A stretch of DNA of 64,000 bases, taken from positions 5,273,241-5,337,240 of the forward strand of contig OZ316899.1 of assembly GCA_973895155.1 (NCBI GenBank), written 5' to 3'. Within the stretch, counting starts at the first letter, position 1. Each line of letters begins with the position of its first letter. Both the position numbers and the translations under genes were made by a program. This document shows positions 51,214 through 60,450 of this stretch, piece by piece. A model generated the notes under the pieces. The model had not been told where the DNA came from. It saw only the letters and a program-made list of their open reading frames with translations, and searched no databases. This stretch comes from Marsupella aquatica. Lineage: Eukaryota; Plantae; Marchantiophyta.

Positions 51214-53070
51214 ATGCTAGATCAACCAGAGTTTAGTGCGTCACGCATTCGGAGATACAAGGCTGCTTACCGTGACTACGTGGAGACTCGGATTACACGG
51301 GAAAGGGAAGAGAGAGAAGTTATGATGAGCACGGGATTGGCAGCGGGTTCCTCACCGGTGGGTAGGAAGATTTTTCGTCGAATTTATCCCAAGACCTCCA
51401 CCAAGGTGATGGAGGATTGTCGGAACATTTTCCAAGCCACCGGGCTTACAGAATTCATGAAGGTGGAGATTACCATCCCTTCAGGGAAGAGCTGGGACAT
51501 TGAGGCCGGGATGGAGTTCCGAACGGAGGGAATCTACTTTGAATGTCTCAAACGTGTAGTGCCCCATGTGGAGTTGGCTAAGCTATTGTTTCTTGAGAAT
51601 CAGAAATTCTCATTCACACCTCGGAATATCAGGGGAGAACTCACGTTGAAAATGGTGGCCACTTGGGTGACCAATCCTACCTCCACCACCGCCATCCCTC
51701 TTTCTGCTGTCAAGGATGTTGAGTATAAGGGCTTCCTGGCCAAGGTGCATCAACGGGTTCTTGGCAACGTGCAATCCGGAGTGCTGAATGAGGAGCATTT
51801 CGTGGTAGCTATGGACATCAAGAACTACCCAGCCCATGTGTACGGATGGTGGTGCTACGGATTGAAGAAGCTATTGGCCGCTGAGCCCGGGAGTGTGAAA
51901 CCAGGTGGGGCTGTACATTTGATGGGGTCATTTGTATTGGCCAGGGCAGAAGGGTTGATTGGTTCTCCGGGGCATGAAGACACGGGATCATCTCTCACCA
52001 CGGAGATCCGGAGTATTGCCACTACCGTTTTAGGGAAGCTCACGGAGGAATCATTGTCTGCTGGTGGGGAGGATAATAGAGAAGAAGAGAACCAGGAGGA
52101 TGATTGCACATTGGAGTGGCTTGAATCACTCGTGGGAGATCCGAAACAGCCTCTGGAATACAACATTCCGGATGTTTACTTGGCAGAGCTACGGGATTTC
52201 AGAGAGGGAGTCCACGAGGGACTCAAGCTAGTCCACGCATTGAGGGAGTCTCTCAAGCACGCCACAGTCAAAGTAGAGACGTTAGAGCAGAGCATCCTGT
52301 CACTGAAGGAGGTGATCAAGACCAAGGAGCAGACCATTCATGAGAAGGTCAGGCACATCAATGCAGCTCACGTAGAGATCACCAACTTGAAGGGAGCTTT
52401 GTCCACCAAGGCCAAGGAAGCAGAAGAAGTAGGAGCGTTGAGGCAAGCATTGGCCAAAGAGAAGCAAAATTCTGGAGAAGTGATGGAGTGGAGGAACCAG
52501 GTGGGAGCACTACGGAGTCAGGTGGCAGCCTTTGAGACACGAGCGAAGAGAAGTGAGGCCCTGAGTCTAGGGAAACGGAAGAGTCCCGGCACACCTGGCT
52601 CCACACTTTCCCCGGATGTGATCTCCCAAGCTATCGAGATGGTGGTGAAGGAGGTTAGTGGGAAGTATGGACCCTTGTTGGATGGAGCCAAGAAGAGTCA
52701 GGAGAAGAGTAAGAGCTTGGAGAAGAAGCTCCGGGAGGTACGGAAATCGTTACGGGAGGCTCAGGTCAGTACGGGGATGCCACCCAGGTCTGTCACCCCC
52801 GGGACTCCCATGGCCACGGGGCAAGTTCTACCGTTGGAGTTGCGGTCCGGAGAAGAGGCTACCCTCTGGAAGGACACAATTGGTGAGGGGTACATCAAGG
52901 CGTGGCAGGCCTTGGCTGCTTTGAGGAAGCGCGGGAGCAGCAGCACTAAGAGTACTCCGTCGAAGAAGAAGAAAAGTACGGTGGCACTCACTCCCGTGAG
53001 TGATGAGGAGGAGGACCACTCACGGGGCACAAGTCCGGGCACCGAGAGCGAAGAAGAAGAGGAGGATTAG
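51214..53070 (+). CDS. 618-aa LTR-encoded protein: helical transposon-associated N-terminal domain, coiled coil, basic NLS-like and acidic tail
   Basis: Uninterrupted ORF. IFQATGLTEFMKV..ELAKLLFLEN; heptad-rich region ~aa 335-515; PSKKKK; ESEEEED. Confidence 0.85.
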   Translation: MLDQPEFSASRIRRYKAAYRDYVETRITREREEREVMMSTGLAAGSSPVGRKIFRRIYPKTSTKVMEDCRNIFQATGLTEFMKVEITIPSGKSWDIEAGMEFRTEGIYFECLKRVVPHVELAKLLFLENQKFSFTPRNIRGELTLKMVATWVTNPTSTTAIPLSAVKDVEYKGFLAKVHQRVLGNVQSGVLNEEHFVVAMDIKNYPAHVYGWWCYGLKKLLAAEPGSVKPGGAVHLMGSFVLARAEGLIGSPGHEDTGSSLTTEIRSIATTVLGKLTEESLSAGGEDNREEENQEDDCTLEWLESLVGDPKQPLEYNIPDVYLAELRDFREGVHEGLKLVHALRESLKHATVKVETLEQSILSLKEVIKTKEQTIHEKVRHINAAHVEITNLKGALSTKAKEAEEVGALRQALAKEKQNSGEVMEWRNQVGALRSQVAAFETRAKRSEALSLGKRKSPGTPGSTLSPDVISQAIEMVVKEVSGKYGPLLDGAKKSQEKSKSLEKKLREVRKSLREAQVSTGMPPRSVTPGTPMATGQVLPLELRSGEEATLWKDTIGEGYIKAWQALAALRKRGSSSTKSTPSKKKKSTVALTPVSDEEEDHSRGTSPGTESEEEEED

Positions 53071-54989
53071 ATAGGCGTACGGACGTGGGTGTACGGCCTC
53101 CAGATTTCCAACATTTTAGTGGGGGGTCACTCATGGGCTTGTTGGGATGAGCTCGCGGAGCTGATTCCAACAAGAGGCGGCGCTCCTCAAACGGAGCCAG
53201 GATGAGCAAGTTATGGCCTGGAGAACTTATGTTTTTGCGGTACGGAAACGGCCATAACTCAGGCGTCTGAAGTCCGTTGAGGGAGCGACTTAGTGATTCG
53301 GAAGCAGGAAAAGAAGAGCTATCCAGGGGTGAGCTCAGGTGTGCACTTGGAAGGGCACCTAGTTTCGGCCATTTTGGGGTGCCTCTCACTTTCAGGGTTC
53401 ACGTGTACTGTTGGGGCGCCGTCGAAGGCACCGTCGGCCCCCTTGTTTTGGGTTTAGGGTTTTAGCAGCATGTGTGTGCCGCATGCTCCTCTTCAGTTTA
53501 AGGATTTCTCTTAGTGCAAGGTTTTAGCGGCGCCGCTAGGGTAGCCGCCACCGTTGTGACCCTGTGAGGGGTGCTTTGGTGTGATTTTTCAGTATTTAGG
53601 GGGATAGCCCCGAAGTAGTTAGGGGGACTCAGTGTGAAGTTAGCAAGGAGGGATAGAGTGGAGCCTGAGGAGTTTGAAAGCGTGTTCAGAGTAGTGAGGG
53701 GGAGCCATACTCATTGTCCGGAGAGGCAGGAGTTGAGTAGACGGCAGGAGGCCGGGTTACTCATGCAATGTGTATCGTTTTTCCCAAGAGATATGGATCT
53801 GTACATTTGACTTGATGGGCTTTTGTTGTGTGTTCCTTCTCCCTTTTTCGCTTTCCGAATTGTGTTCTCCCGTTCTATGATTTGAAGAAACTTGCTTGGT
53901 TTGAGTCGGCCTTGTGAGTAGGGGTGGTGACAGCACTCTTTGGGTGACTCCGAGTGAAGGTGTAGTGGGGTAGTCGGCAGGACTTGATCAAAAGCTGTGG
54001 GGTGAGGGTAGTCGGTAGACTTGATCAAAACCTACATTTCCGGGAGCGGAAACCAAAATACTCATCCTGGTGTGAAAAGAATCCAAATAGCGTCCCTCCA
54101 CGACCCCGTAATACGATACCAACGGTTTAAGCGAAGAAAAGTGCGGTTTGCACGTATTAACCGTTGGAGAGGCAAGTGACACTTGCTCTCTAACACGACC
54201 GCTACTCAACGGTCCTCCCTATTTGCACAAGCAACCAAACACCTCGGTAAGTAACCCTTCAGGATCTAGAACTCGCCAAGTCTAGCATCCTAACTCAAGC
54301 TCAACAGACGTTGGTAACACAACTACATTTTACGGCTGATTAACGGACTTTTAGAAGACGTTAATCATGATGTATATGGCCAGCGGAGGAAAGACCTCAT
54401 TCACAACGTTAATTACCACGTTTGGGGAGACGCTCTTTACCACGTCCAGAACATTAATCTTAACGTCGTACAATAGGAGGTATATGGTTTTACAACGTGT
54501 CAGACTACGTAAAATATACCCAGCGCTCGTGTTTAAGTTTACCCATAAACGTCGTGTCAGGCTACGTAATGAAACATTAACCACGTCTAGTACGTCGTAA
54601 TGTGCAATGCACTAAACGTCATTGTATTTTAGCGTCGTCCGTGGCCGGTAAATTACGACCTTTTTTGAGACGTATGGGTAAGTTGACATAGTAGGGGACG
54701 ATGTATCGTGCTCTTGTTGTGCGACGTACGTTGGCTTATGTAGGGCTCAACGATGTACTATGGTGGTTAAAGGTCTTATAAAGGAGAACGTATATAGGAG
54801 TACATACGTCCTATTACACATTGCACTGTCTGGGTGGGGTCCTTGTTAGGGTTCAGCTCACACACAATATAACCATGTGTTTTTACATATTGTAACTCGG
54901 AATGAGGTGCCACCACAAATGGGTGGCCTGAATCAAAATGGCAAAAAATATGTACATAATGCATGGAGGACCTCCAGCTACTGAAATAC

Positions 54990-57151
54990 CTACAACCTAA
55001 TGCCATTGAGAATGGGGCCTATCGCGTCCTGATCCTCCGCCTCGTCGCCAACGCAATTGATACTGCTGGGCATCCTGCTCTGAGGCACTGCTACTGCCTT
55101 CTGGTTCGGTGCAACCAAGGGTGGAGCCTTGCCTCTAGGTTTTGGCACTATCTGTCTGGTGCTACGTGTTACCCTAGTGGACCGCCTCTCACCACTCCTT
55201 CTCCTTCTCCTCTCTCTATCTCTATCTCTCCCTCTCTCTCTCTATCTCTATCTCCCTCCTCCCTCTGTCTCTCCCTTCCTTGCCCTCTGGCCCTATGAGT
55301 CTCCAGTGCAGGGAAAAGGTCACAAGAAGTGGAGCCCTGCTGGTACTGGGTCCTCCTCCTGGGTACCCTCCTCCAGGGCTACAGTGTTAGGCTCCTCATC
55401 CTCCTCAATGGGTCGTTCTACTAAACCCTCTGGTGCAGTCCAATCCACCTGTGCACAAGATACAATTTCAGTCTAGGTTTGCATAAGATACAGTTTCAGT
55501 CTAGGTCTATGGAATGGTACTGAACAAGCTAGCACACTTATCGGGTGGTCTTCCGGAATAGAGTCAAGCTTTGCCCATAGGGCTGCCGGGCCATATCGCT
55601 TAGAGTATAGCCGCTCTTGCTCACTCGGCTCGGCATCTCGACCATACTTCCGCTTTTGCAGCAAAGGGAAGTTACGTTGTTCAGGGCGATGTTATTTACC
55701 TATCATCATACAACGTTACTAATACATACGTCGTCCATTAAGACGTTCAGGGGGACCCCATAGTATTAACATCGACAGGACGACGTTAATACAGTGCTAA
55801 CGTAGTTCGAGGTACTACTAAGAAAATGTTGTAAGAGGGAAGGTAATGTGCGGCCGGACGACGTTAATACTAAAAAACGACATAAAGCACAGGATTACAT
55901 TGCAGCAGCACACGAACTGGCGAATGCAAACTTCAATGAGTATAGAGTGAGTCACTGCACTTACATAGGTTGCAAGAAATCCTCCCCATCCTCCCTGCCC
56001 CCAAAAATTAGTCACCTTCTTGCCACTCGCTTTTCGAACAGCAGTGGCCTTGTCTCCCATATGCACTCGCTTGCCAACTGGGGTGTCTGGGGCTGCTTCC
56101 AATTCGGAGACAATCAATTTGAAGTCCTCTTCACTCATCCCATTAGGTTTCTTGTAATCTCCTGTCCTCAAGCATCTCAGTTTTCGGACCTTGGCTCTCC
56201 ACCTGAAACGCTGATCAGCTAGGTGATTCACGATCTTCTTCCTAATGTGGCGGTAGTCAATCTCTTGCCCATTTTGAATCCAGTCTGCACGTCATTCAGG
56301 AGCAATTGGAACTTCTTCTGGTTATGCACAAGCTCCTTCCAAGTAGTCCAACCGGGACAGTGTTTAGCTATGCACGTCTGCACTTTGTTTGTGAGTGCTT
56401 TCTCATCCATGACATCCGGCCTAGCATCAAAAGCGGCAAGGGTGATGGTGGGAAGGTGCTCCCTATTGGCAGAAGCAGCTGCAGCTTGCTGAGAAGGACG
56501 TTGCCACTCTGGAGGAAACGATCGTGAGTGGTCTTCTCTCCTCTCTGCTCCTGTATGTCAATCTCCCCTATGTCTCTTGCTAGAAGTGCCTGCATTGTGG
56601 TCATTGGATCCTGTCCCCTTTTGCCTTCTCCTTTCAGTGCTGCTGTTTGACAAAGAACGAGATTGCCTCCTCCTCCTCCTATGTTGCCGATGGTCCCTCC
56701 TATCATCTTCTGGCCTGTATCTCTCATGTGGGATTGTCACTTGACTCTTGATAGGAGTTCGAGCTGCTGCTTGAGAATCTAGTTGAATCCCAGTGAAGGC
56801 AGGATCATCCCAACCATCGTCTGGTAGACTCGGGAACAAAGGCAGCATATCAATCAATGCCCCATCAAGCTCGGGCGCGGATTCAGGCACTTCAATCGCG
56901 GCCCCCTCCTCAATCTCGGCCCCCTCCTCGTCGGCAGGAGTGTTGGCCTCAATACTCTCCAGGTATTCTATAAACCTGGACTCCTTTGTTCCTTGTCCTC
57001 CCATGAATTGCCAGCTGTGGTTGAATGCTTGAACTAGTGAATGTGTCGAACATAGGGCTCGATGCACCTTCTCCAACTCCTCTGGATCCTCCAGACCCAC
57101 CTTCAGTGCATCAAAGTTCACACTACAGGGAAGATAGCCTGGATACGACAT
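54990..57151 (-). pseudogene. Spliced CACTA accessory gene (TnpA/Transposase_24-like), decayed
   Basis: RFRWRAKVRK..KKPNGMSEEDFKLIV..NFWGQGGWGGF resembles the Ptta/En/Spm family. Several exon-like pieces; 3' end approximate. Confidence 0.55.
55195..55285. repeat. (CT)n-rich microsatellite
   Basis: ctctctatctctatctctccctctctctc... Confidence 0.85.
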
Positions 57152-57554
57152 GGCAGACTATTCTGTGAGCAATTATGTGAGGTAGAGGAGGCAAGGAGAG
57201 GGAAGGACTAGAGGTGGGGAATGTTGAATGTGAGTCACATTCAAACACTCCCTCGATACTCCCCCGATGTTTCCCAAAGGAAATGACCGGGGATGCCTAA
57301 CCTTGCGGATCCACCATTTTCTTGATTGTACTTAACGACGTTAATCTAGATAAACGTCGTCCTTCGTGTTTTAAAGGTCATTGTTTGCGGGTCCATTGAC
57401 AACATTAAATGTTAGGGTTTCTTTGAAAAATGACGTTAAGGCCTTGTAACGTACTGTATGGCATTGTACTTTAGGGTTAGGGTTTGTGTGGTAGGTTTAG
57501 GGTTTGGATCCTTCGCTATGCATTAATCAAAGACGATTCAATTTGTTGCAAGGC

Positions 57555-58100
57555 ATGGTGATCTATGCATCGGACTCTCTGTCTGATGAGAGAGATGATG
57601 GGGATACGAGTCTTGGCTCCAGATACCGGCATCGTGATAGGGGTAGAGACTATTTGTCGGATAGGAGGAGGGATCATTCGCTGGTTAGGAGGAGGGACTA
57701 TATGCCGGATAGGTGGAGGGATGACTCACTGGATAGGAGGGATTATTTGCCGTAGAGGAGGGATTATTCACCAGAGAGCAGGGGTCGTGAGTCATTGCCC
57801 CGGAGGACGACTAGTGGATCTCGATGTCATCACCGTCCTAGTCATGAGGACGGAAGGAGAGAGAGGAGCCACCATCATCGGTCACACCGTCGCCGGCGAT
57901 CATGTGAGCCCCAGGCATACAGCTCACCTTCGCCAGTGGAGGAGGGGTTTGGAGCGGCCATGGCTGCTCTTCATGGTATTGGACCAGTCCGCAAGATGCC
58001 TTGCCCTTGTAGATGATGCAAGGGCGTTGTATCTCACGAGAGCACTACCATCGTTAGCCACTTAGGGATCCATGGTCATTATGTTCCACCGACACTAGAG
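57555..58100 (+). pseudogene. CACTA exon 1: RD/RS-rich region plus transposase-associated zinc ribbon
   Basis: One frame: MVIYASD..RRRD repeats..KMPCPCR*CKGVVSHESTTIVSHLGIHGHY..LE|gtaagt. Stops at 57753 (TAG) and 58014 (TGA). Confidence 0.7.
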
Positions 58101-58228
58101 GTAAGTTTTATCCTTTTGCACAACCATTTTGAGTAACTTTAACTTTTACTAGGTTGGGGTAGGTTGGCTTCTTGAGCAATGTTCATGTTTCTCGCTTTCT
58201 GAAATTTTGTTGCATACATGTGGAACAG

Positions 58229-59041
58229 ATTCTTATTGTACGGTCTCCCCCTAAGGACCACATGAGAGAGGTTGCAAGTCGAGCGCTCTCTGCACTGGTC
58301 CCCCCATCGGCACTAGATGCCACCTTACGGGCAATAGACCGTGTATTTGATAGGGTGAGGGTGGCACGGGTGCACCCTATTGAGAGGGGAGTAGTGGTCA
58401 GTACTAGACCACGGTCGTTGGAGTCTTGTCCACCTAGGATGAGGCCACCCCATTGCCCTTTTCTTGATGCATCTAGTGCCCGGGAACCGAGAGAGTTACG
58501 TGGGAGAGCCTTGGACATCATAAAGGACTCATTCCCTACCCAATTTGGGCTCCCATTGGACCTTCCAATCAGGGAACCTATCATAGTCTGGGGTCGCCCT
58601 TGGGTCCTCCTTCCCTCCACATTGGGCCCTAACGTAGGATTAGGATTATTTGCACTTATAGATATTGTGGTCCCTGATGGTTGTGAGCCCAAGGACTTGC
58701 CTCAGCTCTTTCCATTCTATGGGCCAAAGTATTCTGCACAGCGATGGCGCATCTTGTCTCGACAATGTCCAACCTTTGGTCGATATGGCATGTCTGTCAA
58801 GCTAGACCCTAGGTATGCACAGATGGATGGTTATCCACCCCACACTGGAAACTTGGCAGGTTACATCAATAGCACTGTGGGTTGTCGGCATTTAGGTTTT
58901 AGGCCAAACGCTGAGTGGCACGAGTACCATGACCAGACCCACCCTCGTTTGCCACAGGCTTGTACTCATTACATCTTGACCCATGCTAGCCGCACCATTC
59001 GAGCAGGGGAAGAGATTTTTGTAGATTATGATTGGCATTGA
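58229..59041 (+). CDS. SET-domain exon inside the CACTA element
   Basis: Acceptor CAG| at 58228, phase 0. PSTLGPNVGLGLFA..FYG..DG..GNLAGYINS..PNAEW..ASRTIRAGEEIFVDYDWH; open frame to the stop. Confidence 0.8.
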   Translation: MLIVRSPPKDHMREVASRALSALVPPSALDATLRAIDRVFDRVRVARVHPIERGVVVSTRPRSLESCPPRMRPPHCPFLDASSAREPRELRGRALDIIKDSFPTQFGLPLDLPIREPIIVWGRPWVLLPSTLGPNVGLGLFALIDIVVPDGCEPKDLPQLFPFYGPKYSAQRWRILSRQCPTFGRYGMSVKLDPRYAQMDGYPPHTGNLAGYINSTVGCRHLGFRPNAEWHEYHDQTHPRLPQACTHYILTHASRTIRAGEEIFVDYDWH

Positions 59042-59157
59042 GGATGGACATGATATATTCAGAATATATGGACCCATTGTTGCATATTGCATTAAATCAT
59101 ATTTTATTATTTGTTTGATTATAATGTTGTATTAAATAATGATTTTAACAATTGTAG

Positions 59158-59504
59158 GATGGTGCATACATTACCCCTACACCTCACCCATCCATGATGA
59201 CAATGTCAGCGCGTGACTTTCACCTACGGGCCACTCTGCACTTTTCTGATGAGGAAGATGTTGAGGGGGATAGTGACCATGAGGAGTACCATGATGCATA
59301 TGATGGAGACTTTGATGAGGACGATGGAGATGAGGGGGATGCACCCATTCTTGAAGAGGAAGCTTTTGCCCACCTTGTGGACGTTCACTTTGGACCACAT
59401 GCACCTCATGGCAAGAGGCCTACCATGGAAGTAGACCAGGAAGATTGGGACCAGTTGGAAATGGAAGCCAGAACTCCACTCTTCCTGGATTCTCCATCAT
59501 CACG
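59158..59504 (+). CDS. CACTA transposase (TnpD-like) exon: acidic tract plus EARTPLF motif
   Basis: TGTAG|GAT phase-0 acceptor and CG|gtaagt donor. The rest of the gene is displaced by the gypsy insertion in the next intron. Confidence 0.6.
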
Positions 59505-60450
59505 GTAAGTCTCATGATTGAATAGTATCATGTGTCGACCATTACTTACCACATGTCACGTCGTCGGCTGCGGCCTTAACTCAGACTTCAGCTTAGACGG
59601 GCACATCCCTCGTAAATCTGAGGGTTCGGGCAGGAAGGGAAGCACGTAATGCACCTTATTCTCGTAAACTAGCGCTAAGTACGCATACTGCTAAATACGG
59701 ACACCTCCTAGGTATGGTTTGTGTTCCGCCGCCGGAATGTACCTTAGTCGATAGCAGGATCGACCCTGGCTTAAGGGCTTCTAAGCCTTTGTGCTGTCCG
59801 CCTTCGATCCGGATTCGATGATACAGGTCCTCAACCCGTGCTTGCAACCACTTACCTGCAGGCTACACCCTGTGCACGTCTCGGGTAGTGCATTCGGCCT
59901 GGCGCTGCCACCCATATACGAGAAACCCACACACATACACGCGCACATGCATACAATCTCGATTTACACGAAGGAAAATGATGGGAAAGGATTTTACTAC
60001 AAAGGAAACATATGCGTACACTTAGTTGACCCGACAGCCCCGGAATGAACAGGTTCAAGGCCGAGGGTGCACACTACAACGGAGCCCGGCTCCGCACTCG
60101 CCCGGCGAGCTTAGTCCTACCCCCTCCCCTTGGTACTCTTTCATTCCCAGAGGTCGGGACTCCCCGCACATACCGCAGACGTCCAACTCTGCAACTAAAA
60201 ACCCCCTTTGCCTCTATCGAGGGGTGCACTAAATACTAAGGGACGAGCGACGGGGTGTCCTCTCGCCGAAGATTCGCCAACTAAGGTCCTAACTAAGCTG
60301 ACAGTCAGGCCGGAAAACGGCTGTGTCTTATTAGAAGATCCTAATCTACGCAGGCTGGACAGCATGGCAGCGCTGCTGTACCTGAGGCAGGTGCCTGTCC
60401 CAAGAGCCTGACTAAGCCAGTCCTAATCCTAATCTATTCCTACTCCGCTG

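Larger units (their letters stand above)
50104..54181 (+). mobile_element. Solo LTR (4078 bp) carrying an intact gene
   Basis: TGTGACG...GTGACA ends with perfect TSD CTTGC (50099-50103 and 54182-54186). The empty site GCACTTGCTCTC is seen at ~11943. No gag or pol inside. Confidence 0.9.
49952..54317. mobile_element. AGT-family LTR copy, split by a solo LTR (50104-54181) and then by a CACTA element (54318)
   Basis: 49952-50103 plus 54187-54317 is colinear with 11801-12081. Confidence 0.88.
54318..59553 (+). mobile_element. CACTA/EnSpm-type DNA transposon, left part, interrupted by a gypsy element at 59554
   Basis: Begins CACAACTAC exactly where AGT-LTR homology stops. Subterminal ACGTCGT-type repeats. 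Transposase-associated zinc ribbon and the EARTPLF..S..SR motif typical of TnpD N-termini. Confidence 0.7.

Noticed and set aside
50104-54181. Reading the gene-bearing insert as a DNA transposon
   Set aside because: The terminal inverted match is only ~6 bp, there is no DDE motif, and the ends match the PPT-anchored LTR at 59554-63287.
54963-55298. 111-aa plus-strand ORF with SL repeats
   Set aside because: Antisense reading of the CACTA accessory gene across a (CT)n microsatellite.
57471-57505. Interstitial telomere
   Set aside because: Only a few degenerate TTAGGG(T) units; better treated as telo-box-like motifs.
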